A DNA stretch of 64,000 nt, from assembly GCA_003140935.1 (NCBI GenBank), contig PLLJ01000041.1, forward strand, positions 12,212 through 76,211, written 5' to 3'. Shown piece after piece: positions 57,061 through 64,000 of this stretch. The stretch comes from Candidatus Omnitrophota bacterium. Its GTDB lineage: Bacteria; Omnitrophota; Omnitrophia; Omnitrophales; Aquincolibacteriaceae. Position numbers and translations under genes: made by a program. Below the pieces are notes generated by a model. That model did not search any database. It worked only from the letters and a program-made list of their open reading frames with translations, and was not told the DNA's origin. Position 1 is the stretch's first letter. Every line of letters starts with the position of its first letter.

Positions 57061-57465
57061 TCAAATTTTATTCTTGCGCTTGATCAAACGAAGCCGATTC
57101 CCGCCCGAGCCCTGACCCTCATAGATCATCTCGTCCATGATCGTCCTGATAAAATGAACTCCCAGACCCCCCGGTTTTTGACGCGGAAGTTCCGGCGGCG
57201 GCACTTGGGTCGGATCGAATTTCTTGCCCCAATCCTCCAGCACGATCTCGATCCTGTCGTCAGCTGCCACAACCGAGACCGTCATTTTACCTGGCCCGCC
57301 CTGATAAGCATGACGAATAATGTTAGTTAAAGCCTCATCGACCGCCAAGAGGATCTCCTCTGTGGTCTTTTTTTTCCACCCGGCATGGCTCAGGATCTGG
57401 CGGAGTTCTTTCCGGAAAGGTGAAAGAACCTCGGAGGATGCGTTCAGTTCAAATCTTTTTTCCAC
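57061..57465 (-). CDS. RsbW/SpoIIAB-type Ser kinase (anti-sigma-like)
   Basis: AVDEALTNIIRHAY, ED.G..FDP, GGLG..FI...MD. Confidence 0.9.
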   Translation of the reverse strand: MEKRFELNASSEVLSPFRKELRQILSHAGWKKKTTEEILLAVDEALTNIIRHAYQGGPGKMTVSVVAADDRIEIVLEDWGKKFDPTQVPPPELPRQKPGGLGVHFIRTIMDEMIYEGQGSGGNRLRLIKRKNKI

Positions 57466-58115
57466 TCAACCCCCTGCTGGAGGAGCTCCCGGAGAATAGT
57501 GCGAGAAGAAAAAGTCCTTCGCGATCTTTCTTTTGCGAAGCATATCTGAAGGTAACGCGCGACAATATCAACCTCCAGATTGACTTCGGAACCCACCCGC
57601 TTGATGCCAAGGGTCGTGACTTGAAGTGTATGCGGGATCACGGCAATTTGAAATACCTTTCCGCAAACCTTCTGCACCGTCAAACTGATCCCGTCGCAAG
57701 CAACCGACCCCTTATCTGCAAGAAGCGCGATTATATCCTTCGAGGCCGTCAGGAACAAGGTCGTATTCTTCTTCCTTTTTTCGATCTTTACGATCGTACC
57801 CCGACCATCAATATGTCCGGTCACGAAATGACCCCCGAGCCCATCCCCGATCTTCAGAGACCTTTCAAGGTTTACGCGACCTCTTCGTTCCAGCATTCCT
57901 AACGTGGTCGCTTCCAAGGTTTGACGCACCACATCCACTTCAAAACCGTTCGGATTAACGCGAACCGCGGTCAGACACACCCCGGACACTGCAATGCTGT
58001 CCCCGATCTTCAGACCTTTCTCTTTTTTCTGAAACCGGAACCCGAACCGGACCTGGCCGCCCCACTCTTCTTTCTTTACAACGATGCCTTGATTTTCAAC
58101 AATGCCTGTAAACAT
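57444..58115 (-). CDS. ribE: Riboflavin synthase (alpha chain)
   Basis: MFTGIV, GDSIAV.GVCLT, VNLERSL, GGHFVTGHID. Confidence 0.95.
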   Translation of the reverse strand: MFTGIVENQGIVVKKEEWGGQVRFGFRFQKKEKGLKIGDSIAVSGVCLTAVRVNPNGFEVDVVRQTLEATTLGMLERRGRVNLERSLKIGDGLGGHFVTGHIDGRGTIVKIEKRKKNTTLFLTASKDIIALLADKGSVACDGISLTVQKVCGKVFQIAVIPHTLQVTTLGIKRVGSEVNLEVDIVARYLQICFAKERSRRTFSSRTILRELLQQGVEWKKDLN

Positions 58116-58127
58116 GATCTTTCCGCC

Positions 58128-59243
58128 CTATTTTTTGTGAAATGTGCCTTCAAAAATCCAATCATCGCCTGAACGCGTCATTTTAACCGTCTTGAACAAA
58201 AACGCCTGATCCGGGGTCTTCACGCCAAGACCTTCCACGGAAGTCTTGGCAGCACGACCGCCAAAGATCTTCGGTGCGAGGATCCAAAAAGCGCGGTCCA
58301 CGCATCCCGCCTCCAGAAAGGACCAGGCCAATTCCCCTCCGCCCTCAACTAAAAGCTTGGTCACACCCAGTAACGCGAGTTTTCTAAGAAGCTCACGAAC
58401 CTCGATCCTGCCGTGTTTTTCTTTAACGGGCAAAAGCATCAACGTTCCTTTTTGAGCTTCTGCTTTTTTAACGATCTTCTTCAGATCTTTTTCCGGGAAT
58501 ACGAGGATCGTGAGCCGGCTGTCTTCAAAGATACGCGCTTTTGAGGACCAACCTCGCGCGGAGATCATCACGATCTTCCATGGTTTTCCGGCAGCGAGCG
58601 AACGTGAATTTTTCGGAACTGTGAGCCGGGGATCATCCTGATAGAACGTATTCTTCCCTACCAAAATCGCCTCGTGACTTGCCCGAAGCTTGTGGACAAA
58701 TTCACGTGAAGGGGGCGAAGAGATCCAACGGGAAAGGCCCTCCCGCGTCGCGATCTTGCCATCCAGGGTCTGCGCCATCTTAAGCGTCACAAACGAACGT
58801 TTTTCGGTCATATATTTAAAAAATCCCTCGTTTTGCCTGCGAACTTCATCTTCCAAGATACCGATCTTGACGGCAATTCCCTGCTCGCGAAGAAAGCGGA
58901 CACCTTTGCCACGATTCGAGGGATTGGGATCCAGACAACCGATCACAACCTTTTTGATCCCTTTTTCTTTGATATGCGGAGCACAGGGCGGGGTTTTCTG
59001 CCAGGTCGCACAAGGTTCCAGGGTCACGTAAAGTGTGGCGCCCCGAGCCTTCTTGCCGGCCTTGGCCAAAGCATTGGGTTCGGCGTGTGGCCCGCCAAAT
59101 TTCTCATGAAAACCGGAACCCACGAGCTTCCCTCTGGAAACAACGCAGGCCCCCACCATGGGATTGGGGCTGACACTGAAACGTCCTCTCTCCGCCAAAG
59201 CAAGAGCTCGTTTCATCCAAACTTCATGCGGCGGAAGGGTCAT
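58128..59243 (-). CDS. ribD: Bifunctional riboflavin deaminase/reductase
   Basis: PNPMVG, HAE, LEPC..PPC, LDGKIA, VEGGG. Confidence 0.96.
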   Translation of the reverse strand: MTLPPHEVWMKRALALAERGRFSVSPNPMVGACVVSRGKLVGSGFHEKFGGPHAEPNALAKAGKKARGATLYVTLEPCATWQKTPPCAPHIKEKGIKKVVIGCLDPNPSNRGKGVRFLREQGIAVKIGILEDEVRRQNEGFFKYMTEKRSFVTLKMAQTLDGKIATREGLSRWISSPPSREFVHKLRASHEAILVGKNTFYQDDPRLTVPKNSRSLAAGKPWKIVMISARGWSSKARIFEDSRLTILVFPEKDLKKIVKKAEAQKGTLMLLPVKEKHGRIEVRELLRKLALLGVTKLLVEGGGELAWSFLEAGCVDRAFWILAPKIFGGRAAKTSVEGLGVKTPDQAFLFKTVKMTRSGDDWIFEGTFHKK

Positions 59244-59673
59244 GATCCTTGGGGCTTTTGGGCTTTTCGGTGTGGTTGATCTTATCGAGGATGCCGTTAA
59301 CGAATTTCCCGGATTCTTCTTGTGAAAATTTCTTCGCCAGGTTCACGGCTTCATTAAGGGTCACTTTAGGCGGCACATCAGCCAGATAAAGCAGTTCGTA
59401 GGTCGCGAATCGCATGATGTTACGATCGATCATGGCCATCCGGGATAGTTCCCAGTTGTCCGCATAACGCTCAACGACCTTGTCGATCTCCGCTTGATGT
59501 TCCACCGTCCCGAGAGCGAGCTTCTCCGCAAAATCCCGAACATCCTCGGGAAAAACCTCGTCCTGCTGAGACCAGAATTTCTTCAGGATCTCCGGCATGG
59601 GCTCCGGGTTCATCTCGTACTGATAGAGGATTTGAAGTGCGCATTCCCGCGCCTGAGTTCTTTTGCGAAGCAT
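59224..59673 (-). CDS. nusB: Transcription antitermination factor NusB
   Basis: R..ARE.ALQ.LY, DRNIMR, NEAV.LAK.F, FVNGILD. Confidence 0.96.
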   Translation of the reverse strand: MLRKRTQARECALQILYQYEMNPEPMPEILKKFWSQQDEVFPEDVRDFAEKLALGTVEHQAEIDKVVERYADNWELSRMAMIDRNIMRFATYELLYLADVPPKVTLNEAVNLAKKFSQEESGKFVNGILDKINHTEKPKSPKDHDPSAA

Positions 59674-59706
59674 TTTTTGCCTTTGATTTATCCTAAGATG
59701 AAAATG

Positions 59707-60210
59707 CTATTTCGTTCTTTTTCGAGCCCTAATGCTTTTTGCCTTTTGGGATAATTGTTCGTCAAGACTTGCTATCTCAAGCGCCGCCAAGGCTGCCTGT
59801 TCGCCTTTATTGCCGTGCTTCAATCCCGCCCGGTCGATGGCTTGTTCCAGATTATCGACCGTGATCACTCCGGTCGCGATCGGTGTCCCCGTCTCGAGCG
59901 CCACTTGATCGATCCCGCGTGTCAGTTCATTCGACACACATTCGAAATGGTAAGTCCCTCCGCGGATCACGCAGCTAAGCGCGATCACGACGTCGCAATG
60001 CGTCTGGGTCTTCAGTTTTTTGCAGAAGAACGGGACTTCCAGGCCGCCCGGTACCCAGACAATCTTGATGTTTTTTTCCGGTACCCCGGCTTTGCGCAGG
60101 GTCGTCACGGCTCCTTCCAGCAAGCGATCGGTGATGTACTGATTAAACCGCGAAACAACAATCCCGAATTTTTTATTCTCGGCGATGATCTTTCCATGGT
60201 AAGTCTTCAT
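59707..60210 (-). CDS. ribH: 6,7-dimethyl-8-ribityllumazine synthase
   Basis: VVSRFN, VPGG.E, VIRGGT.HF, GNKG..AA. Confidence 0.96.
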   Translation of the reverse strand: MKTYHGKIIAENKKFGIVVSRFNQYITDRLLEGAVTTLRKAGVPEKNIKIVWVPGGLEVPFFCKKLKTQTHCDVVIALSCVIRGGTYHFECVSNELTRGIDQVALETGTPIATGVITVDNLEQAIDRAGLKHGNKGEQAALAALEIASLDEQLSQKAKSIRARKRTK

Positions 60211-61421
60211 GAATTCGGCCCCGTGTCAAAAAGATGACCGAGTTTATCTTTTTTGGTTTGTATATACTTCGCGCTCACAGGATGCGGAGACATGATGATC
60301 GGAAGACGCTCCACGACCTGCAGTCCATAGCCTTCCAACCCTACGATCTTGCGAGGATTATTCGTCATGAGGCGAAGTTTTGAAAGCCCGAGATCATGGA
60401 GGATCTGAGCGCCGATCCCGTAATCCCGGAGATCCGGCTTAAACCCGAGCGCTTCATTCGCTTGAACCGTATCAAGCCCGTGCTTATCTTGAAGCTCGTA
60501 AGCCTTGATCTTATTGGCCAACCCGATCCCACGGCCTTCCTGACGCATGTAAAGGATCACGCCGGAACCTTCCTGTTGGATCATTTTCATAGCTGTGACA
60601 AGCTGTTCCTGGCAATCACAGCGTAAAGAGCTTAAGACCTCCCCCGTAAAACATTCCGAGTGCACGCGCACCAGCGCCGGCTTATCGCCGATCTGCCCCT
60701 GAATAAGTGCAACATGTTGAGCTCCGTCAAGGAGCGACTCATAGATCTGGATAGTCCAGGTCCCGAACTTCGTCGGAAGCTTGGCTTCGCTCACTTTTTT
60801 GACCAGCTTATCTTTTTGGGTGCGGTGGGCAATAAGATCACGGATCGTTCCGATCTTGAGTCCATGTGTTTTGGCAAATTCCAGAAGATCGGAAAGTCGC
60901 GCCATTTTGCCGTCATCATTCACGATCTCGCAGATCACCGCAGCCGGAGGAAGTCCGGCGGCCTGCACCAGGTCCACCGCCGCTTCGGTATGCCCGGCGC
61001 GACGCAACACGCCTCCCTGCTTTGCTTTCAACGGAAAGATATGCCCAGGGATCACAAAATCCTCACGTTGGATCTTAGAGTCCGCTAGTAGCTCGATCGT
61101 ACGGTTGCGATCATAAGCCGAGATCCCCGTTGTGATGCCGGTCTTCGCGTCTACCGATACGGTAAACGCCGTTTTCATAGGATCCTCGGGATTGGGATTC
61201 ATCTGGTCGAGCCCGAGAGCTTGAATGCGGTCAGCCGTCATGGGAACACAGATAAGCCCCCGCGCGAACTTCATCATAAAATTGACCATCTCAGGCGTCG
61301 TCTTGGACGCTGCAAAAACAATGTCCCCCTCGTTCTCGCGGGTCTCATCATCGGTCATGATGACCATGCGACCCTCGCGGATATCCTGAATGATCTCTTC
61401 GGTCGTATTCAATGGCTTCAT
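60207..61421 (-). CDS. ribBA: Bifunctional DHBP synthase / GTP cyclohydrolase II
   Basis: DDETRENEGD, RAGHTEA, RVHSEC..G...S.RCDC, QEGRGIGL, TNNPRK. Confidence 0.97.
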   Translation of the reverse strand: MKPLNTTEEIIQDIREGRMVIMTDDETRENEGDIVFAASKTTPEMVNFMMKFARGLICVPMTADRIQALGLDQMNPNPEDPMKTAFTVSVDAKTGITTGISAYDRNRTIELLADSKIQREDFVIPGHIFPLKAKQGGVLRRAGHTEAAVDLVQAAGLPPAAVICEIVNDDGKMARLSDLLEFAKTHGLKIGTIRDLIAHRTQKDKLVKKVSEAKLPTKFGTWTIQIYESLLDGAQHVALIQGQIGDKPALVRVHSECFTGEVLSSLRCDCQEQLVTAMKMIQQEGSGVILYMRQEGRGIGLANKIKAYELQDKHGLDTVQANEALGFKPDLRDYGIGAQILHDLGLSKLRLMTNNPRKIVGLEGYGLQVVERLPIIMSPHPVSAKYIQTKKDKLGHLFDTGPNS

Positions 61422-61454
61422 AATGTCTCCGGCTCACAAAAAAAACGTGAAGGT

Positions 61455-61483
61455 ATGCTAACAACAACCTCTTTTTTTGTCAA
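61455..61483 (-). promoter_or_regulatory. Sigma70 promoter for the rib operon
   Basis: TTGACA-17-TAGCAT, leaving a leader of only about 27 nt. Confidence 0.7.
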
Positions 61484-61526
61484 AACTTGTTTTCCTAAGT
61501 CATTCATTGCATTAAAGTTACGCGCC

Positions 61527-61555
61527 TTGACAGAAGATGCCCGTGAGGTTACATT
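61527..61555 (+). promoter_or_regulatory. Sigma70 promoter with no downstream CDS
   Basis: TTGACA-17-TACATT, same hexamers and spacing as the rpsT promoter. Confidence 0.72.
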
Positions 61556-61561
61556 TGCATG

Positions 61562-61764
61562 GTAGGGCATAATAACTAATTTCTTTGACAATGAGGAGTG
61601 GCGGCGGAACGAACCAGGTTCCGTAGCCATTTCTTACAAAAGCCCCAGCGTGAGCAAAAGAGCCACAGCCTAGAGGGTTTCGCCTGACGAGCAATAAGCT
61701 CTTTTATTTTATAATGTTGCTAGAGAAAGCGGAATTCTCGAACTCACAGTTGGGGCTTTTTTTT
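61562..61764 (+). ncRNA. Candidate structured non-coding RNA (~200 nt), family not recognised
   Basis: Own promoter, extensive helices whose G-U pairs work only on the + strand, potential 8-bp pseudoknot, terminal U8 tract. Confidence 0.65.
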
Positions 61765-61777
61765 GTCCGCAACATCC

Positions 61778-62644
61778 CTAAGCGGGCTTATTAGTCTTTG
61801 CTCTCAGGAAAGGTGCCAGTTGATCCAAGGCGTCCATGATATTGACAGGGACGGCCAACACAACCGTATTCGAAGCTGTAGGCCCCAAACCATCGATCGT
61901 CTGTAGAGTCCTGAGCTGCATGGCTCCGGGACTCTCCGCCATAGTCTTGGCCGCGAGAGCGAGATTCGCCGCAGCATCGCGATCGCCTTCGGCCTTCGTG
62001 ATCGTCGCACGTTTTTCCCGCTCGGCAGAGGCTTGACGGGACATCATTTTCTTGAGATCTTCGGGCATGTCGATGTCCTGGATCCGGATGCCGGTCACTT
62101 CAAGGCCCCAGGCTTCCGTGTCTTTTTCCACATTCGCCTCGATCTTCTTCCCGATCTCTTCGCGCTCCGTGAGAAGCTGATCCAGCGTCATTTGTCCGAT
62201 CACATCGCGAAGCGAAGTCTGCGAATATTGTGAGATCGCGTAACGGTAATCCTGAACTTTAATGATCGCGTTCGAGGGATCATCAACTTTAAAAAAGATA
62301 ACGCCATTGATCTTCACGGGGACATTATCCCGGGTGATGACCTGCTGCGAAGGGATGTCCATCGTTAGGACGCGCATATCGATCTTCCGGACTTCTTCAA
62401 TGACCGGAATGATAAAAAAAAGACCCGGTCCCGCGATCCGGCTGAATTTTCCAAGCTTGAACACAACGCCCTTTTCCCATTGCACCGCCATCTGGACCCC
62501 CGAGGCAATGACCATAGAAATAAAGAACCAGACCATGCCAAGAAAGGCCCCAAGGCCCTGGTTCGCCATAAAAATAGGCGCGCCTATAAAAAACCCGACA
62601 ATGAGAAGCGCGAAAAAAATAAGTCCTGAGATCGGATTATTCAT
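61778..62644 (-). CDS. SPFH/band-7 (stomatin/slipin) protein
   Basis: GPGLFFIIP, ITRDNV, QTSLR.VIG, QA.AEREKRA, AMQLRTLQT. ATG 62644 with GGAGG RBS. Confidence 0.93.
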   Translation of the reverse strand: MNNPISGLIFFALLIVGFFIGAPIFMANQGLGAFLGMVWFFISMVIASGVQMAVQWEKGVVFKLGKFSRIAGPGLFFIIPVIEEVRKIDMRVLTMDIPSQQVITRDNVPVKINGVIFFKVDDPSNAIIKVQDYRYAISQYSQTSLRDVIGQMTLDQLLTEREEIGKKIEANVEKDTEAWGLEVTGIRIQDIDMPEDLKKMMSRQASAEREKRATITKAEGDRDAAANLALAAKTMAESPGAMQLRTLQTIDGLGPTASNTVVLAVPVNIMDALDQLAPFLRAKTNKPA

Positions 62645-62794
62645 GGAAGACCTCCGTGTTGGGGTTGCAAAGTCCCGGGAGCCCGCGGGACGGAGTGATG
62701 GCTCAATACTCTTCAGGGATTCGACCAAATCGTTGAAACCAGGTTCTTGCTCCATAAAACGGTGCCCTTTGTTCGGGAACAAACAATTGGGCAG

Positions 62795-62823
62795 ATTCTA
62801 ACCTCGGGCTGGGATTATTGCAA
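62795..62823 (-). promoter_or_regulatory. Sigma70 promoter for the SPFH gene
   Basis: TTGCAA-17-TAGAAT on the minus strand, giving a ~145-nt leader. Confidence 0.6.
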
Positions 62824-64000
62824 GCCGCCGATCTCCAACTGCAGGTCGCCTACCGTACCACTTGCGCTTGCAACAGAATACTGGTCCACAACGAATTTAA
62901 TGGACTTAACATGGCTGAGATCGACCCGTCCCGCCGCCAAGGACGCCAAGAATTTGTAATAACCCGATGACACGATATCCGTGTTCGATGTGGTGTAGGT
63001 ATTCCCGTGAACATCTTCGATCTCGATCTTCACATTCTTGGCAACAGACGAGGTCGCATTGATCCCAAAGATCAGAGGGACCGCAGAAAGATTAACGCTG
63101 CTGCCGTTATGGTTGGGATCAAAGTTCAGGACAATTCCCGCAAAAGCATTGGCGTTTGTCAGATCGAAATGAAGTTGAAAGAAATTCGTTCCAAAAATGT
63201 GTTGTAGCGTGCTGTTTGAAGAGGAGCTTCCAAGTTGCGCCACACCGCTGACCGACGCGCTGTTCACAGGTAGAACTGTGACAGCGGGCGAACCTGGTTG
63301 GGCCGTAAAACCGACCACGGGTGCAGATGGCACGTGCTGGAAGTCGATTGCTTGGATCGTGAAATCTCCCGTCGCATCCCCCCCTTCCTGAGCGTCCACC
63401 ACAAGATCGATCTCTTGAACATTGGCAAGAGCCGCTTGATTCGGAAGATCGACCACAAGGCGCGCGAATTTCGCCCCTTGCTCAAGCGCTACCGTCGTCT
63501 GATAAAGTAACAGACCGGCACCGTCCTTGAGCTCAATACGCACAAACTGAGGAGAATCTACGGCCGAATAGTTCAGGATAAGCTGATTCGCTTGAGCATT
63601 ATAGGGCTGGCTCAACTTCCAGAAATGCCCGCCATCCACCCCTTGCAAGTCGGTATAAGCAAGACGAACACCATAAATCAATGTGGTTTCGGGAGGTGTC
63701 GGAGGTTTCGTAACCGGAGGAATGGTATGAATATAGTTAATAGCCCCTTCGGACGCGATGTGGCCAAAAACCGCCAATGAACGATCCGGAAACTCAGGAG
63801 TATTAGGCAATCCAGAACCGGTCCGATCAATAGCCATTTGCTGGCTCATATGATCATAAAGTTGATTATAATTATCTTCCATTCCGCGATTTCGAAGATA
63901 GGTCGTAAAATCATCCGGCCCGTTCCCCGCAAGACCCAGAACCATGGATGCCACATCGATCCCGATAAAGCGATTGTTGATCTCGGAACCGGATCGGGCG
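62815..64000 (-). CDS. C-terminal part of a large, probably extracellular carbohydrate-active protein (5' end off the window)
   Basis: Frame open to the window edge. FIGIDVASMVLGL resembles the end of GH144/glucoamylase-like domains. Pro/Thr linker, then two beta-sandwich repeats (RIELKD / KIEIED, V.EI.LVVD / VKSI.FVVD). Confidence 0.75.
   Translation of the reverse strand, partial: ARSGSEINNRFIGIDVASMVLGLAGNGPDDFTTYLRNRGMEDNYNQLYDHMSQQMAIDRTGSGLPNTPEFPDRSLAVFGHIASEGAINYIHTIPPVTKPPTPPETTLIYGVRLAYTDLQGVDGGHFWKLSQPYNAQANQLILNYSAVDSPQFVRIELKDGAGLLLYQTTVALEQGAKFARLVVDLPNQAALANVQEIDLVVDAQEGGDATGDFTIQAIDFQHVPSAPVVGFTAQPGSPAVTVLPVNSASVSGVAQLGSSSSNSTLQHIFGTNFFQLHFDLTNANAFAGIVLNFDPNHNGSSVNLSAVPLIFGINATSSVAKNVKIEIEDVHGNTYTTSNTDIVSSGYYKFLASLAAGRVDLSHVKSIKFVVDQYSVASASGTVGDLQLEIGGLQ

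Noticed and set aside
61591-61687. Short peptides in the ncRNA candidate (MRSGGGTNQVP; VAAERT...LEGFA) or a tmRNA tag
   Set aside because: No properly spaced RBS, starts buried in a helix, no tRNA-like domain or ALAA-type end.
61684-61730. Hammerhead ribozyme suggested by CTGACGA ... GAAA
   Set aside because: GAAA does not directly follow stem II and I could not build stems I and III.
61422-61777. FMN riboswitch upstream of ribBA
   Set aside because: No RFN consensus (AGGGC.GGGTGAAA.TCCC, GGATGGGAG); the rib promoter leaves only a ~27-nt leader; the structured element is on the other strand.
62660-62790. c-di-GMP-II riboswitch or 6S RNA in the SPFH leader (GGGCACC motif)
   Set aside because: The GGTGC pseudoknot partner and kink-turn are missing, and the element is too short for 6S. 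Kept only as an unassigned structured leader.

Overview
Bacterial chromosomal segment, about 50% GC, with standard stop-codon usage and mostly minus-strand genes. The gene repertoire suggests Omnitrophota/PVC (inference). Most of the window is housekeeping: pckG, metH, uvrC, murJ, rpsT, holA, lptE, a very long BamD-like protein, comEC, exeA/B, GH35, leuS, acpS, nadD, proAB, obg, rpmA, rplU, trxB, mlaEFD and the rib/nusB operon. Main non-routine features: (1) An 8.8-kb island (27786-36595) in tRNA-Leu(CAA), bounded by a 43-bp direct repeat of the tRNA 5' half. It has a decayed tyrosine integrase, candidate arm sites, and a six-gene Hyf/Ehr-type membrane complex whose large subunit keeps both Ni-binding CxxC motifs. 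(2) An unannotated ~200-nt structured RNA candidate (61562-61764, +) with its own promoter, a boxA-like motif, a potential pseudoknot and a U-tract. (3) A cluster of ParA-CBM48, degenerate MinD, bactofilin-HTH and HTH-membrane-anchor genes. (4) Decayed remnants in the first 4.3 kb: a radical SAM paralog, an IS3 left end and a carbonic anhydrase. All calls come from motif recognition by eye; no database searches were run.
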